Under the pieces are notes generated by a model. That model saw only the letters and a program-made list of their open reading frames with translations, was not told the DNA's origin and did not search any database. Both the position numbers and the translations under genes were made by a program. A DNA stretch of 64,000 bases from an uncultured Myxococcales bacterium (GTDB lineage: Bacteria > Desulfobacterota > Binatia > UBA1149 > SPBQ01). The stretch is from NCBI GenBank assembly GCA_964555245.1, contig CAZKRI010000024.1, positions 12,305-76,304 of the forward strand, in the 5' to 3' direction. Below, in pieces: positions 62,967 through 64,000 of the stretch (the first letter of the stretch is position 1; each line of letters begins with the position of its first letter).

Positions 62967-63610
62967 CCGGTGCTACGCTCCTCGGATCGTCCGCCGCTTT
63001 GGGGTGCGCTCGGCAACAGTCCCGCAATCAACTGGTCGATGTAGGCGTGAACCGAGTCCTCGAAGCGGAAGCGGCGGGGATCCTGGTAGTACTGCACCTC
63101 GGCGCCGAGGATGCAGCTCGTGTAGGCGCCCGCTACCGCTTCGGGATCCAGGCCGGCGTAGAACAACCCCTGCTCCTGACCACGCTGGACCAGGTTTCGC
63201 AGGAAGGCTCGAAACCTCCGCATCATCTCTCCCAGGCGCGCCGAAACCTTGGTGTTCGTGTCGATGGTCTCGATCATCAGCGTGATCGCGAAGCGTGGGT
63301 GATCGTGAGAGCGGGCGTGTTCGATGCACACGTCGGCGATACGCCGCAGCGCCTGGTCGGGCGGGAGCCCTTCACACCCGCGCTGGACCCGGTCTTCGAA
63401 CTCGGCGATGCGGTCATCGACCGCCGCGGCGAGCAGATCCTCCTTGTCCCGAAAGTGGTAGTAGATCGCCCCCTTGGTCAGTCCGGCGGTCCGGGCGATC
63501 CGATCGATGCTCGTGCCCTGGAATCCGTAGCGCGCGAAGCAGTCGATGGCGACCTCGGTGAGTCCGCGTCGAGATCGGGCTCCGCGGCGCACCCGACGAG
63601 CAGATTCCAT
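62963..63610 (-). CDS. TetR/AcrR family transcriptional regulator
   Basis: 215 aa. HTH TEVAIDCFARYGFQGTSIDRIARTAGLTKGAIYYHFRDKEDLL. Overlaps the upstream ACAD gene by 4 nt. Confidence 0.85.
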   Translation of the reverse strand: MESARRVRRGARSRRGLTEVAIDCFARYGFQGTSIDRIARTAGLTKGAIYYHFRDKEDLLAAAVDDRIAEFEDRVQRGCEGLPPDQALRRIADVCIEHARSHDHPRFAITLMIETIDTNTKVSARLGEMMRRFRAFLRNLVQRGQEQGLFYAGLDPEAVAGAYTSCILGAEVQYYQDPRRFRFEDSVHAYIDQLIAGLLPSAPQSGGRSEERSTG

Positions 63611-63738
63611 ACTGAACGTTTAGTAGGATTGCCGCATCGAGTCAAGATGGTTCGAGTTCTCTTTTCTTTTTGTGCGGGAGAACGGCCGGGGCGGTTGACT
63701 GGAGAGGAGCCGTCGTGATTGTCTGAACTCCCCCTCAC

Positions 63739-64000
63739 GTGGCGTATATCCGTCACATTCCGCCCTCTCGGGCGTGCGGGCGGCTGGCTCAGGTCTATCG
63801 GGAGATCCGTGCCGAGGTTCCGCGCGTCCCGAATTTGCTCCAGGTGTTCAGCCTGCGGGCCGAAACCATGGAGGGCATGTACCGCGGCTGGCTCGCGACG
63901 ATGTATGCCGGTCGCGTTGCTCGTACGACGCGCGAGCTCGTCGCTCTGACGGTCTCCAAGGCCGCCAAGTGCCAGTACTGCGTCGATTCGCACCAGATCT
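63739..64000 (+). CDS. carboxymuconolactone decarboxylase (AhpD-like) family protein, 3'-truncated at window edge
   Basis: The frame-1 translation from GTG 63739 (..AYIRHIPPSRACGRLAQVYREIRAEVPRVPNLLQVFSLRAETMEGMYRGWLATMYAGRVARTTRELVALTVSKAAKCQYCVDSHQI) matches the CMD pattern, including the CxxC..H motif. The track ORF 63719..63949 is in a different frame and was not used. Confidence 0.6.
   Translation, partial: MAYIRHIPPSRACGRLAQVYREIRAEVPRVPNLLQVFSLRAETMEGMYRGWLATMYAGRVARTTRELVALTVSKAAKCQYCVDSHQI

Noticed and set aside
63719-63949. Track ORF 63719..63949 (+) with a Cys/Arg-rich translation.
   Set aside because: The alternative frame from GTG 63739 gives a clean carboxymuconolactone-decarboxylase-family protein with the CxxC..H motif, so the track ORF is a shadow frame.

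Overview
This is a 64-kb window from a high-GC (roughly 65-70% by eye), gene-dense bacterial chromosome. Genes sit on both strands, with short intergenic gaps and frequent 1-4 nt start/stop overlaps. Most of the content is core metabolism and DNA maintenance. I support the following calls from the sequence, in order along the window:
- a DinG-type helicase fused to an N-terminal DnaQ-like exonuclease domain;
- a thiS-thiG-thiE thiamine operon, then alr, purH-purD-purE, tsaC and a DUF1015 gene;
- rlmD, thiI, a DUF721 (DciA-like) gene, and class II B12-dependent ribonucleotide reductase nrdJ preceded by NrdR-box-like repeats;
- ftsB, eno, an SCP2 gene, a cysH-like reductase, a patatin-like lipase and an AmgK/MurU-like pair;
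- two tandem complex I (nuo) clusters, described below;
- Zn-dependent alcohol dehydrogenases, a split CN-hydrolase + nadE pair, rsmI, acyP, ligA, comEA, a CheY-like response regulator, two acyl-CoA dehydrogenases and a TetR regulator.

The most striking structure is the pair of tandem nuo clusters. The first is nuoA-C-D-E-H-J-K-L-M-N, with no nuoB, F, G or I. The second is an 11-gene nuoA-B-C-D-H-I-J-K-L-M-N with no nuoEFG. A BtuF/FecCD/ATPase-type ABC importer lies between them.

Further loci worth a second look:
- a roughly 1-kb low-coding region after eno that carries a near-consensus promoter, a 27-codon lysine-rich micro-ORF and a perfect intrinsic terminator;
- a perfect 19-bp inverted repeat bracketing 127 bp directly after the second nuoN;
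- a split glutamine-dependent NAD synthetase whose glutaminase subunit carries a long Arg/Pro-rich tail;
- a RelE/ParE-like toxin with no obvious antitoxin;
- three U-tract-less GC hairpins between nuoN and the ABC importer.

I found no CRISPR arrays, rRNA or tRNA genes. All calls rest on reading the translated ORFs and the nucleotide sequence against remembered family motifs; no database searches were run.
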